A stretch of DNA of 63,355 nucleotides, counting the filler, from Octopus bimaculoides (Eukaryota): assembly GCF_001194135.2 (NCBI RefSeq). It is 7 parts of 7 records of this genome, joined end to end, with 100 filler letters (N's around TTAATTAATTAA, not from the genome) between each part and the next. Parts side by side here need not be neighbours in the genome. Positions count along the whole stretch, not along the records: positions 39,379 to 63,355 come from NC_068991.1; 6 more parts are not named here. One strand, 5' to 3'. Both the position numbers and the translations under genes were made by a program. Numbering within the stretch: position 1 is the first letter of the stretch; each line of letters starts with the position of its first letter. The notes below the pieces were generated by a model. That model saw only the letters and a program-made list of their open reading frames with translations, searched no databases and was not told the DNA's origin. This document shows positions 51,001 to 63,290 of this stretch, piece by piece.

Positions 51001-52700
51001 ATACGGGCATTTTTTGCCATAAATATTATTATGGGTATTAGACAATTACCCAGAATAACAAATTACTGGAGCAATCAGGAACCTTTTGGCAATGAATATA
51101 TTTGCAGTATTATGAACGAGTACGATTCATGAAGCTGAACCAATATTTACATGTGAGAGACACTAGCAGTACCCGAGTACGTGGAGAACTTTCAGACAAA
51201 AATTATGCAATAGAATTGATTAAGAACCCTTTCTTTAATTATGTTCCAAATATCACATTAATATGTTGATAAATAAAAAAGTTACAGGTGTTTAATGAGA
51301 CTAGTCTAAATTCATGATTATTTTAGAATTTAATTGAAACTCATGAGGGGTGTATTTTGGTCAGAAATATAGTAACGAATGGGTTAAAGATATACATTTG
51401 GACTCACAGAATTTCATTCCAGTATTTTTGGAGTTATGTGATCCAATTGTATTTTGATGTGGCTAATACTTGGCTCATATGACATCATGTCATCAACAAA
51501 GAAAAATTAAGAGATGTTATGAAACCCATTGCTATGGCTGCTGTGTTTTGTGGTTAGGTATGACAGTAAGTTTAGGGAGAGCACAAAGAGCAATACTGAA
51601 AAGATATTGCCCTGAAGGATGCTTTTTTCAGTAGTGCATGGCGTTAGATTTGATGTCTTCATTGTTACCTCTAAGAATTAGGGATGTGTACCAGTTTTTG
51701 GTTAAGTGGTGGATGACAACTACAAGTGGTGGTACACTTTGACTAACTGCAGTGCCTTGGTACTCAACTCATATTATATTCAATCAAAAGCTTTTTGGTT
51801 GTCCATCCATACTATGGACAAGTTATTGCAGTTTTCTATTGTTCTTTTTTGTGTCATTTTGTTAACTAGCAAATACTCAATACTTTCTTGTTTCTCCCAT
51901 CTTGTGGGTTTACAATATTGTTAGTTATATAATGAATCTCTTGAAACATGTTGAGGCAGCCAATGTACTTTGACAGACTATCAAGTGGTAATTTTTAGCT
52001 TTGGTGGTTTAGCGATTTTGGGGATGAGAAGGGTGATGGCTGTTGTTAGCCATGTGATTATACTTAACTTGCCTTTAATACACTTCCCAAATAGTCTTAT
52101 TAAATCTTACTGATAAAAACTTTCATTTTTAAACAATATCCCGTAATAAAATCTGGGCCTGGGGATTTCCTGTTCTGTATTTTTTGGGGGTTTGTTTCCA
52201 GTACTGTACTCTTGATTTCATATAGTTTTGATTTAATGCTTGCAGTATCCCTGATCTAATTTTTTCTATCCATTCAGCTTTTTTCATTGAATTTATCATT
52301 CTTTTTCCAAATTGATCTCCAGTAACTGACACTTTTATTTCTTGCTTCAGCTGATGAAGTTTAAAACATAAAGTGTTAGTTTTTGAGTCCCTAAACCACT
52401 TTCCTAGTTTATCTTTTAAACATTCCTGATTTCGTGAATTTATTTATAGTGTTCACTTCATAACTATGATAATCTGTGAGACAGATGTTTGAAGAAACAG
52501 AATTTTGTATTTCAAGTTGTAGCCCATCCTGGCTTTGAATGCTTACTTCTGTCTTTACTCTGCTTCTCCAACTTCTTATAGTAGGCAATGTATCACAAGA
52601 TTTACACTCTCTCATATGGGTTCTGTTTCAAATGTTGTTCTTTTTTTTCTTTTAATCTTGTAATCTCATTCACAGTGCAAGTATCATGAAAATTCTTTAT
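48075..52700 (-). mobile_element. Long decayed RLE-type (R4/NeSL-like) non-LTR retrotransposon, split by piggyBac copy 2
   Basis: In order on the minus strand: NRKSPGPDFITGY (about 52160), NLSIVWMDNQKAFD (about 51800), ILQGNIFSVLLFVLSLNLLS (about 51600), FFVDDM (about 51490), ESKCISLKVKHGK across the insertion, LGQDENVSYDGP-like (about 48980), DNKCRLC (about 48460), QPNIVVWD.NKKICFVVETNCP.D and ITIIIGA (48075-48230). The 5' limit is uncertain. Confidence 0.8.
49096..51383 (+). mobile_element. piggyBac defective copy 2 (catalytic core deleted, 3' module repeated three times)
   Basis: TTAA TSD at 49092-49095 and 51384-51387; TIRs CCCTTTCGTTACTA and TAGTAACGAATGGG; N-terminal FWFPATVDEIRAFFAINIIMGIRQLPRITNYWSNQE, same family as copy 1. 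Confidence 0.92.
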
Positions 52701-53699
52701 TCATACTTCAAATGAGTTTTCTAACTGGATACCACCAGTAAGGGCGAGGAGCTAAGGGTGTGTCCTTAGTTCTTCTCCTTTTATCAGTAGAATTATCATT
52801 CAAACTAGAATAGCTGGTATTTTAACATTTAATTGTACTATTGTCGAATTTCTTTGCCTTTTATTTCTTTCCTTCAAATCTTTTTTTTTTTTTTTCAGTT
52901 TTGTGATTATAGAGTTAAATTAATAAATCTCACTGTCAACTTGTTCTGTTTGTTCACTACTGTGTCTTGAATAATGTTGATTGTGCTTTCTGTTATGAAA
53001 TCTTTACTAATATATCTACACGCTTTCTTGTACATGAGTTTTAAGTGATCAATCGATTGTTGGCTTACTAATTAACTTACTAATATGTCAATTGATTAAT
53101 TCACTTGTTTCAAAGAATTAGGTCTATTTATTCACTCTCTCTTCTTATTCTTTTACCATTTTATAACTGGAAATCATAGCATATAATGTGAAATATCAGT
53201 GCTATCATTTTTATGAGTTCTATCAATTTTAGTAACCTTGATCTGACTTAATGTCAAAATATTTCATTACACAGTAGGACACATGACCATTAAGCTGAAA
53301 GACAAGATAGAATTTAGACAACTTGCTGCTCCTCATCTCATCTAAGGTCTTAATCAGCAACTTATTGTCTTTTACTAGATCTGCAAAATTTATTGGCAAG
53401 TGATTTTATACTCTTAATTTCACTTCAATGCTTCTTTTATTATATTCTTGACTTAGCTTCTTAATAATACTAAAATTATTTTTCTTGTTGATATTTGTTT
53501 TAATGTTTTTATTGTCATTACCATTATTGCTGTTATTGTTATTATAAGTATTACATGCTATATTAATCAGCAAGGATGTTGACTTGAGGTTTAGTGATGA
53601 CAAGTCCCTGCAGATTTCAAGAATCTTACTTGAGATTCTTACAGAATGCAAGATTGCACTTTTCTACAACATGACTTCCAATTTCAATGTCATTCAACC

Positions 53700-53830
53700 C
53701 CTTAGATAGGAGTTTGGATATTGAATGTTGTACCAAGTGCATCAATTACTGCAGGAATAATTGTCATCTTAGTCTTCCACAATTTCTTTATTTCTCTGAC
53801 TAGGTCCTGATATTTCTCACTAATTGAAAT
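53700..53830 (-). mobile_element. RLE C-terminal fragment (R4/Dong-like)
   Basis: EKYQDLVREIKKLWKTKMTIIPAVIDALGT. Confidence 0.75.
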
Positions 53831-54029
53831 TATCATCATCATCATCATCAGCATCAGCATCATCATCATCATCATCATCACCACCACCACCACCATCAGC
53901 ATCATCATCATTCAGTAGTCTTATTTTTTCATATGCTTTCACTGTGCTACTGAGCGCAACTCTGTATGCCTTGGGTATGTGTTGTGGTTTGTTTTGGTAT
54001 TAATATTTTTACTGTATTGAAAGCGTATT

Positions 54030-55840
54030 TTTACTGCACACTTAGGATGTGTTCAATACCTAGCAGTGCTTTTTCTCTGTGTTTTATATATATATTCTTA
54101 AGTCTTGGTGTTTTGGTTATGTGTGTGTCAGTATGTTTTTTAACCATAATAAATGCACCTATCATTATAGGGATTATTTCTGTTCTCAGGCTCTACATTC
54201 ATTTCATCTCTATTTCCAGATTTTTGTATTTTAAGAGTTTCTCTGTTTCTTTTGGAGATGTGTTATCATCTGTCTATTAGATGTGTTATCATCTGTCTAT
54301 TAGAAGGCATTTTCTTTCTTGATGGTCTCTGATGACAATATCTGGCCCATTAGCCTTCATCTCTCTATCTGTGTGTATTGGTGCATCCCAGAGTATGGCT
54401 GTTTTATCATTTTCAGAGACCTTTTCTGGGGCATGCTTATACCATTTTTTCCTGTTCTTATTCTGTAGTTCTGGTACAGTTTCCAGTGTATACAGGTCCC
54501 AACTCTTTAGCCAGGACTGGGCAGCCAGAGAGAGTATGGTTTATTGTTTCTTCCCCATCACCACATATTCTGCGGTTACTTATTGTATTTTCCTTGATTA
54601 TGTGTTTTTGTTGGTTTCTGGTGGAAAGGCTTTGAACTTGTGCTGCAATTAAAAATCCTTTGGTCTCTGCTTTAAGTCCATTGTTGGGATTTTACTTGGT
54701 TTATTTCTTTTCTAGCTAGCTTATCTCAGTACTTGCCATGTAAGGGCTTTTCTTACCATTGTTTTATCATGATATTTTATAGTTCAAGTTTTAGCTTGGA
54801 TTTTAGTTGCTTTACTGCTTTTGTTGTTTCTTCTTTTTTTCACAGTTGTCAGGTATTATGACTTCTTTCTTGTATTTTTTTGCTTCTTTAGAAACAATTT
54901 TTTGTTTTGTTCATGCTTTGTGGCTATTTGTACCAGTTTTCCATGGTTCTGAGTTAGGTGTTTCTGTAGAGCTATGGTGGATATTTTATAATAATTTTCT
55001 AGTTGTATAAGGCCTCTACCACCTTCAATTCATTGTATATGTAATCTTTCTATGTTGGATTTTGAGTGGTATATTATAAATTCCGGCATTGTTTTTCTTG
55101 TTTATCTGTCTAGCTTGGCTAGTTCATTTAGTGTTCAATTAAGAATATTGTAACTGTGTAACTGTAACTTATAACTGAGACAGCCAGAGTATTGATACCT
55201 GTAAGTGAACCTCCTTGGAATATTCCTCTTCTAATGGGAATGGCTTTAGTTTTTATAATTCTCTCTTTTGTTAGTAGCTACAGAATTGTTTGCCATTCAT
55301 TCATGATGTGTTTTATTTATCTTATTGTTGTTGGTGCTACTTTGTTCATGGCCAGTGTTTCCAGGATCCATGTATGGGAAATTCTATCAAAAACCTTGGT
55401 AATCGTTCCAAGCCATGCTTAGACTCTTCTTTTTCTTTCAGCAGTTTTCAATTATGGTTTTGTTGATCAATAGCTGGTCTTTACAAGCTATATGAGCCTT
55501 TGCAGCATCCTTTCTGCTCTCCTAGAAACAAGTTGTTTACTTCTAGATATCTGCCTATTCTCTGCAATATTATTGCAGTTAATATTATTGCAAAATCCAA
55601 CATATAACGTAGGTTGTAGGGAGACATGATGAGTCTGTAATTTTGCAGGTTTGCAGTTCAGTAGATTTGAGAAATATTATTATTACTAGCATAACCATGT
55701 CATCAAAAATGTCAACAGTCTTATTAATGATAGAAAATGGCACATCAACACATTGGGAAAAACCATTGATAAATGTCAGCAATCTAGTACATATATGTAC
55801 ATACACAGAATTGAAATACTTGAAGAATCAGATACAATTG
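54030..55840 (-). mobile_element. Decayed R4/Dong-like retrotransposon (RT, CCHC zinc knuckle, RLE)
   Basis: SCLPTTY, EQKGC.KGSY, FDRISHTWILETL, EGGRGL, CRICGDGEETINHTLSGCPVLAK, ILWDAPIHTDREMKANGPDIVI.D....KCLLID and KETEKLLKYK.LEIE..IIPIMIGA. A 23-bp tandem duplication lies at 54257-54302. Confidence 0.85.
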
Positions 55841-56044
55841 TAAGGTCTTGGTTGAAAATAATGACCACATAATGTATGTGTGTGTCTATATATACACACA
55901 CACATACATATACATATANNNNNNNNNNNNNNNNNNNNNATATATATATATATATATACGTATGTAAAGACATATATATGTATATACACACATTCATGTA
56001 TATATATATGTGTGTGTGTATATAAGCATGCATATATATATATA

Positions 56045-56861
56045 TGAGGTGGTATCAAAAAGTTCCTGAACTAGTTTTGAAGCACTCCAGTAGATGCCAA
56101 CACACAGTTGTGTTTGCAGTGAGAGCTAGCAGTGACCTTCATGAGGCAGTGTGTACTCACTGTGTTTACTTCACAAGTTGTGAAATTTGTGTTTTTGTGA
56201 TCAGCTGTATGCTGCAGTTTGCAGTTTTTGTCATAGACAGGAAGTTGGAACAAAGAGCCATCATGAAATTTTGTGTTAAACTTGGGAAGTCTGCACGGGC
56301 GCTTCAAATGTGGAAGAACATGCCTGGAAGATCTGCCCATAAATGTGGAAAAAAATTCATCAGCTTGTGCATGAGGGTTGTTGACAATCAACAACATTTT
56401 GAAACATTTGAGGGAAGACACTTGGCAAAAGTGACCAGATCTGTGGAGTGTGAAAGATTCAATTCTTCATGATGAAAATGCATCCTGTGAATGAGCTCTC
56501 CTCACTCATGAGTTTTTCACCAAAAAGAACATGGTGTTGCTTCCACACCCACCCTATATGCCAGATTTAGCACCTGCATATTTCCATCTCTTCTCCAAGA
56601 CAAAAAGGCAGCTCAGAGGTCGGCATTTTAACATTGTTGTTGAGATCAAGAATGAATTGCAGAAGGTCCTCAACTCACCTATGGAAAACAACTTCCAGGC
56701 TGGATTCCAAAATTAGGGTTAGGAACACTGGGACCTGTGTATTGCTGTACGGAGTAACTATTTCAAAGCAGATGATGTTAAAACTTAGGTAAATAAGTTA
56801 TTTTTTATTAAACATAACTAGTGGTGGTACCAAAAAGTTCCAACTTTTTGATACCACCTCA
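56045..56861 (+). mobile_element. Internally deleted mariner (copy A)
   Basis: TA|TGAGGTGGTATCAAAAAGTT and AACTTTTTGATACCACCTCA|TA TIRs; LEQRAIMKFCVKLGKSA and LPHPPY.PDLAPAYFHLF.K.K..LRG..F motifs. Confidence 0.9.
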
Positions 56862-56863
56862 TA

Positions 56864-57356
56864 TCAGACAGACTAACAACATCAACAATATCATTGATTG
56901 TCCTCCAACAATCCTCAATGCACAAGCTGACGAATTTTCTCCACATTTCCAGTGGTGACACTTGTGGCAGATCTTCCAGATTGCTCATTGTCTTCCAGGG
57001 ACGTTTTTCTGCTTTTGAAGCACCCATGCCACTTGAAAGATTGCATACGACCTATTGCTTTGTTGCTGTAAGCTTGCTGACGCATGCTCAATGTCGCTGT
57101 AACAGACTTCCCAAGTTTAATGTAAAATTTTACATTGACTTTGTTCCTACTTCCTGTCTACGAGAAAATCACAGACTGCAGCATACATGTGATCACAAAA
57201 ACACAAATTTCACAACTTGTGAAGTAAACATAGTGATGTCACTTCACACACTGCCTCATAAAGGTTACTACTAGCTCTCACTGCATATGCAACCAAGTCC
57301 TAGCATCTGATGACATGCTACAGAACTAGTCCAGAAACTTTTCGATACCACCTTCA
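56864..57356 (-). mobile_element. 5' half of a second mariner of the same family (copy B), inverted and abutting copy A
   Basis: TIR AAACTTTTCGATACCACCTTCA|TA at 57336-57358; sequence matches the reverse complement of 56045-56450, with HTH remnant ..EDCWRTINDIVDVVSLS. Confidence 0.85.
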
Positions 57357-57370
57357 TACATATATGTATA

Positions 57371-58135
57371 TACTAGCTGTTGGACCTGGTGTTGCTTATC
57401 TTTTCCGTGTTGAAGTTAAGCCCACCTCTGACTTTGTATTGAAATCTTCTACATTCCCTGTGCCTTTAAGATGTTACATCTTGTTCTGCAGGGATTTTAC
57501 CTGGTTAATGCTTTCGACACACTCCTACATACTGGACCATCTTAAATCGCAGTCAAACTTTTGGGTGTACCTCGACCCACTGAGAGTGATGTTTGTTTAT
57601 TTCTCTCCCCTTAATGCCACCCTCTGTACAAAATTGATCAGTGTGTCCAATCTCAGAAAATCCAAAGAAAAGTGTTAAGATTATGTCATAAAATAGAATC
57701 CATGTGACCATTTACATGAAAATATAAAAGTTACAGCCAAAAATAAAATCCCTATGCAAAAAGCCTATTGATTTTATAAAACCACTGCTCAGGTACAATT
57801 ATCAATTTTTTTGTCAATGCCATATATCAAACTCACTGCCATGAGCCTCATTCACTCATCAATTTTCATCAAAGCCAGACAAAAAATGCAAAAGCTGCAG
57901 GAAAAATAACATCATTATGGGAATTTCCATTCAAACGCCCAATTGAGTTCACAAAAATCAATACCAACTGAGCATTATCGAGTTTTTGAAAAATTCCAGC
58001 CTTATTTGAACTTCAGGTCATGTGATCTACCTATGTGCCAAAAATCATTGAAATCGGTTGGATGGTGTGGGAGGAGTTAGAGTAACCCCAAATACACGCA
58101 GAGACAGACACTATTACACATTTATGTATATAGAT
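57371..58135 (+). mobile_element. Possible non-autonomous Helentron/DINE-like element
   Basis: Start TACTAGC...ACCTGGTGTTGC; end ..AAATCGGTTG...AGACAGAC...TTATGTATATAGAT. A related end GGGCAACGCCGGGTA lies at about 21788. Motif recognition only. Confidence 0.35.
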
Positions 58136-58158
58136 GTTTATATATACATATACATTTA

Positions 58159-58195
<37 letters not shown>

Positions 58196-58949
58196 TTGTT
58201 TAAAAGAGTTCCAACACTGTCTGTTTTTTATGTTTTATTTATATTCCTGCAGAACTAATGTGGGGTATAGAATATGGAATATACAATATATAATATAATA
58301 TACAATATACAATATAAAATAAAATAAAATAAAAATGGATGGCACCATGAAAGAAAGTATTGAATGTAGATGAAATATTGAGTGTTCAGTATAAAGGATC
58401 AAATATATAAATATANNNNNNNNNNNNNNNNNNNNNNNNNNNNNNNNNNNNNNNNNNNNNNNNNNNNNNNNNNNNNNNNNNNNNNNNNNNNNNNNNNNNN
58501 NNNNNNNNNNNNNNNNNNNNNNNNNNNNNNNNNNNNNNNNNNNNNNNNNNNNNNNNNNNNNNNNNNNNNNNNNNNNNNNNNNNNNNNNNNNNNNNNNNNN
58601 NNNNNNNNNNNNNNNNNNNNNNNNNNNNNNNNNNNNNNNNNNNNNNNNNNNNNNNNNNNNNNNNNNNNNNNNNNNNNNNNNNNNNNNNNNNNNNNNNNNN
58701 NNNNNNNNNNNNNNNNNNNNNNNNNNNNNNNNNNNNNNNNNNNNNNNNNNNNNNNNNNNNNNNNNNNNNNNNNNNNNNNNNNNNNNNNNNNNNNNNNNNN
58801 NNNNNNNNNNNNNNNNNNNNNNNNNNNNNNNNNNNNNNNNNNNNNNNNNNNNNNNNNNNNNNNNNNNNNNNNNNNNNNNNNNNNNNNNNNNNNNNNNNNN
58901 NNNNNNNNNNNNNNNNNNNNNNNNNNNNNNNNNNNNNNNNNNNNNNNNN

Positions 58950-59025
<76 letters not shown>

Positions 59026-59542
59026 TGAATACATATATATACTTTTATATATATAAATGTAAGCTCCAAGGATTGAGGTGTAGGAAGAAGGTTAGCTCCA
59101 AGCAAACCATAGAAAATATAAAAAACAACTTTCAAGAACAATAGTGGTTTATTGAGGTGGAAGGTTGTGGATTTTTTCTGTATCAAAGTATGGTAAACTG
59201 AAAAAAGGTTTTATATTTCATGATAAGCAGGCAAGGTTGCCAGGTATGCAAATAAAATACAAGAGTTAAGGAATAGAGTAGATAATATCTGGACTACACA
59301 TGTTTCATAGCAAGTGGAATCTCAGAAGTAGCAAATATCCAAGCAAGGTGTATACTGCAGGTTGCTCTTCAGGCCAAAGGTATCTTGATTAAATGAAGTT
59401 TACATTATTGTAAGGAGGTACATGTTGGTACATGAACGATTCAATGAGAGAGCACTGTTGGATTGGAGAATATATTGTGAAGAGAAAATAAAGAGTGTAA
59501 GAAAGAAAAGAATATAGCAAAAAGAAAAAGAATAAAGAAACA

Positions 59543-62500
59543 TGTTATCTTGCATGTTCGGATGGCATGCCTTCGCCAATAACGTACCTCTACTCAACTA
59601 CCGAACTCTCACCTCTGACGACTCGACTCAACAGAACTTGACATTTAGTCTACCGATGGCTCTGGCTCACTCTACGCGACCCTTCTACGACTAGCTATCA
59701 CATCCACTATTTATACGTATTGGACTAGCCTAATTATTGTCTGAAGGTGTCCACACACCACCTCCCCGTTTTGAGAGTTTTTTTTTTCTAAACCCGAATT
59801 TATCAATTTTATTTCCTTGGTGAGAAACTGGCATATCTTTTTCTCTTAGCGTTAATTTCCATCATTTCTGTAGGTTTTCACTTCCTGTTTGACCTATGTG
59901 TCGGTTCTGCTTCTGCTTGTGGTTCTGGGACCTCGAACAAATCATACCATATATCCATTGGTTCCTCTCACCTCTCTTGATTTTTGGTATATCTTTTTTT
60001 TAATTAGTTTATATGCCTTCTGTGTTCATATTTTGGTCCTTTTACCATGTACATCATGTTACCCAGATGTCCAGTTATACTTCCTTGTTCCCAGTCCTGT
60101 TTTTCATTTCTATATATTTTAAAATACACTTTGTCACCTGTGTTAAAAATTTCGTTCTTCTTCCTGAATTTTCTATTTTCTGTTTCCTACTTGGCAACAA
60201 TTTATCAAAAATAGAACGAATTTTTCTGGAAAACATAAAATCTGTGGGTGACCTACCCAACTCTGCATTTGGATTTGGTGTTATTCTATACATCTGCAAA
60301 AACTTTGTCATCTTTGTATCTTCAAGGGTTCCCCGTCTGGTCTTTCTTAAAGTTCTCTTGAATGTGTCGATGAATCTTTCCGCTAACCCATTTGACCTGG
60401 GATGGTATGGCGAAGTTAACACATGCTTCATTTGAACTGACTTACAGAATTTTTCGAACTCCTTCACCGTGAATTGTATACCATTATCTGGCACCCCATA
60501 ATGAGCGAATAATTGTTCCAAGAAGTCAATCATCACACTTGTGGTTGGCCTTGAACATTTACACACTTCAGGCCAGTTGGAATAGCTATCCACCACAATG
60601 ATATAATGTGAGCCATTTATCTGTTTTTGGCCACGGCTGAATCTGCACTGGGGGCGCCTTTGCTGCCATAGCGCATCCCCTACACTGTTGTACCAGTCTC
60701 TCAATTTTCTTGTCCATATTTGGCCAATAAACGTAACTTCTCATAAGGCTCTTCATCCGGACAATCCCCGGATGTCCAACATGAAAATCTTTTAATACTC
60801 TGTTTTGCAGTATTTCAGGTATTACCACTCTTTGTACATATAATAATACTTCATCACATACCGAATAGTGCTTTGAACCTGTGTCCTGCTCATTTATATT
60901 TTTCGTGTTACTCAACATTTTAAAAATCTTGTTTATGAACCTATCTTTTCCTGATTCCAATTTAATTTGTTCTAGCGTTACTGGCAAATCATGTACTACT
61001 TTGCACAAAATGTTCTTCAGTTCCATTTCTAGTTTTAATGATGCAATCACCATGTCTTCAAAAGGTTCCTCATATTTTGGAATTAGCCTAGACAACCCGT
61101 CTACATATCCCATTTTCATTGATGGTAAAGACTCCATCTGGAAATCGTAGTTCAACAGGGTAGTTCCCCAGCACTGTAAACAGTTTGCTGAGTGTGTGGG
61201 TATACCCTTTATCGAACCAAAAATAGACAGTAATGATCGGTGATCTGTTTGCAGTGTAAACTTCCTCCCATGTAGGAATTTATGGAATATTTTTACTGCG
61301 AAGATTAATGATAACGCCTCTTTTTCAATCTGGCTGTAATTTCTTTCCGCTGGTAATAGAACTCTCAATGCATGTGCAATAGCTTTGATTTTACCATCAT
61401 TAAATTTATGCAATATCACAGCTCCTATTCCATATTCACTGGCATCCGATGCCACAATTATTTTCAGGTTTGGGTCGAATGATAACTCTGATGTTAACTG
61501 CTTTTTTAATTCCTCAAATGCTTTCTGACATTCGTTTGTCCAGTCCCATTTCAAGTCCTTCTTTAGCAACTTGTTCAACAGAGCTCTTATCTCATACATT
61601 TTAGGTATGTACAACTGGTAATATCTTATCAGACCTAAAAATGTTTGTAGTGTTGTTTTGTTAGTGGGAGCAGGCATTTTTTTTATCGCGTTGATCCTAG
61701 AAGGGTCTGGTTTTCGTCCGTTTTCATCGTTAACCTGTCCTAAGTACTTTATTTTTGTCAAGAAAAATTCACATTTATCCTCACTTACTTTAAACCTATA
61801 ATCGCTTATTTGTTTGGAAACCTCTTCTATATGTTCAATATGTTGGTCCCTCGATTCACTTTTGATCAATATGTCATCCAAGTATGGGATCGCGAACTCA
61901 CAATCTGCTAGCATAGTATCCATCACTTGCTGAAATATTGCTGATACGACCTTAACCCCAAATGGCAGTCTTTTGAAACGTTAGAGACCTTTATGAGTAT
62001 TGATTATTAATACTTTAGCACATTCTTCATTTACCAGTAATTGGAGTTAGGCCTCTGACAAATCCAGCTTGGAAAACATTTTCCCACCATTGCACTTGGC
62101 AAATATTTCTTCTGGGTTTGTAATTTTTTAAACAATCATTAAGATCAGTCTGCACATACTCTTATTTCGTTGTTCTTCTTTTTTATATATACAGTAGGAG
62201 CCGCCCACTCAGAGTAGTCTACTTTTTCAATTACCTCCATGTCTTCCAATCTTTTTAATTCCTTCTCAACTTGATTTAACGCCGCAAAAGGTACATTCCT
62301 TTTCAGTTTGAACACCGGCACCGCATTTTCTTTCAACTCAAACTTTACTTTGATTTTTTTACACGTACTGAGTTCTTTCGAAAACACATCAGGGTACATC
62401 TTTTTCAATTTTAATTTCAATTTTTCTGATGCTTTCTCTGACATGGACTGTGACACATTCACCTTATTACATAGTGTATTCAGTGGGAGATCCCACAGGT

Positions 62501-62570
62501 CGAATTCTTCCACTAAATCTGTCCCGAACAGATTCATTGTATTCTTAGATGCCATTAGTTTACTTTTCCG
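59543..62570 (-). mobile_element. 5'-truncated Ty3/Gypsy (Mag-like) LTR retrotransposon with 3' LTR
   Basis: Protease end NLFGTD...FDLWD; RT WAAPTVYIKKKNNEIRVCAD and PYLDDILI; RNase H DASEYGIGAV..EKEAL..TDH; integrase HVGHPG..CRGC, VVDSYSNWPE, DNG.QF, HPRSNGLAERF; stops and frameshifts throughout. PPT AAAAACGGGGAGG at 59761-59773; LTR TG...ATAACA at about 59760-59543 containing TATAAATA. Confidence 0.92.
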
Positions 62571-63019
62571 CGTCATGTTTTTAAGTTTTATTTCTGGTGA
62601 AAGAGAAATGCTAGGTGATTGGTATTTGAAAGGATGTGGATGGAAGAATGAGAGCATTTATGGTCAAGAGGGAGAAAAAGATGCTTGAAGTGATGGTGTA
62701 GTAGTAAATATGAAAGTCTAAAGAAAATGAGAAAGGATACTACAATCTAAGAATTAAGGAATATATATTCTTGTGCATGAGCATGTGTACTGTATGAAAT
62801 AGTAGAGGTGTATGTAGGCATAAGTACTAGGAAGGTGGGGTGGGAAAGAGTGTGGAGGCAGGCAGAAAAGAGAAATTAAATAGTATAAATAGTAAGGAAA
62901 GATAAAGCTAGATATAAACAAGAAATAAGGGGTTATTGTGAAAATAGTGGGAATATATTGGTGGTTTAATATTTAAGGTAAATAAGAGGGAATGTCTAAG
63001 ATGGCAGGAAAGGGGAGAG

Positions 63020-63290
63020 GTTATTTGTATTTTGAGAATAGGTTGTGTAATCGATGTTTGCATGTAAAAATTATACTGTGGCATTCGTTGAGACAATCTG
63101 TAGATTGCATAATAGCTAAGACTTCGACTCTGCAGAGATCGCACTTATTATAGCCAGAGTATGTTTTAGTGTGAGTGACTATGGACCACTTAAGAGTGTA
63201 AGAAACTGAATCGTTCTTGAGTTTATGGATAAGCTGAGATAAAGATGTACTGTTGGATTTTGTTTGGGACTTGAAGCTGGAGTAGTGGTT
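63020..63290 (-). mobile_element. Penelope-like GIY-YIG C-terminal fragment
   Basis: NHYSSFK...KSNSTSLSQLIHKLKNDSVSYTLKWSIV...KCDLC..E...I...LNEC.SI..TCKH. Confidence 0.75.

Noticed and set aside
697-59186. Long ORFs in the track made mostly of X
   Set aside because: They run through N-gaps and are artefacts.
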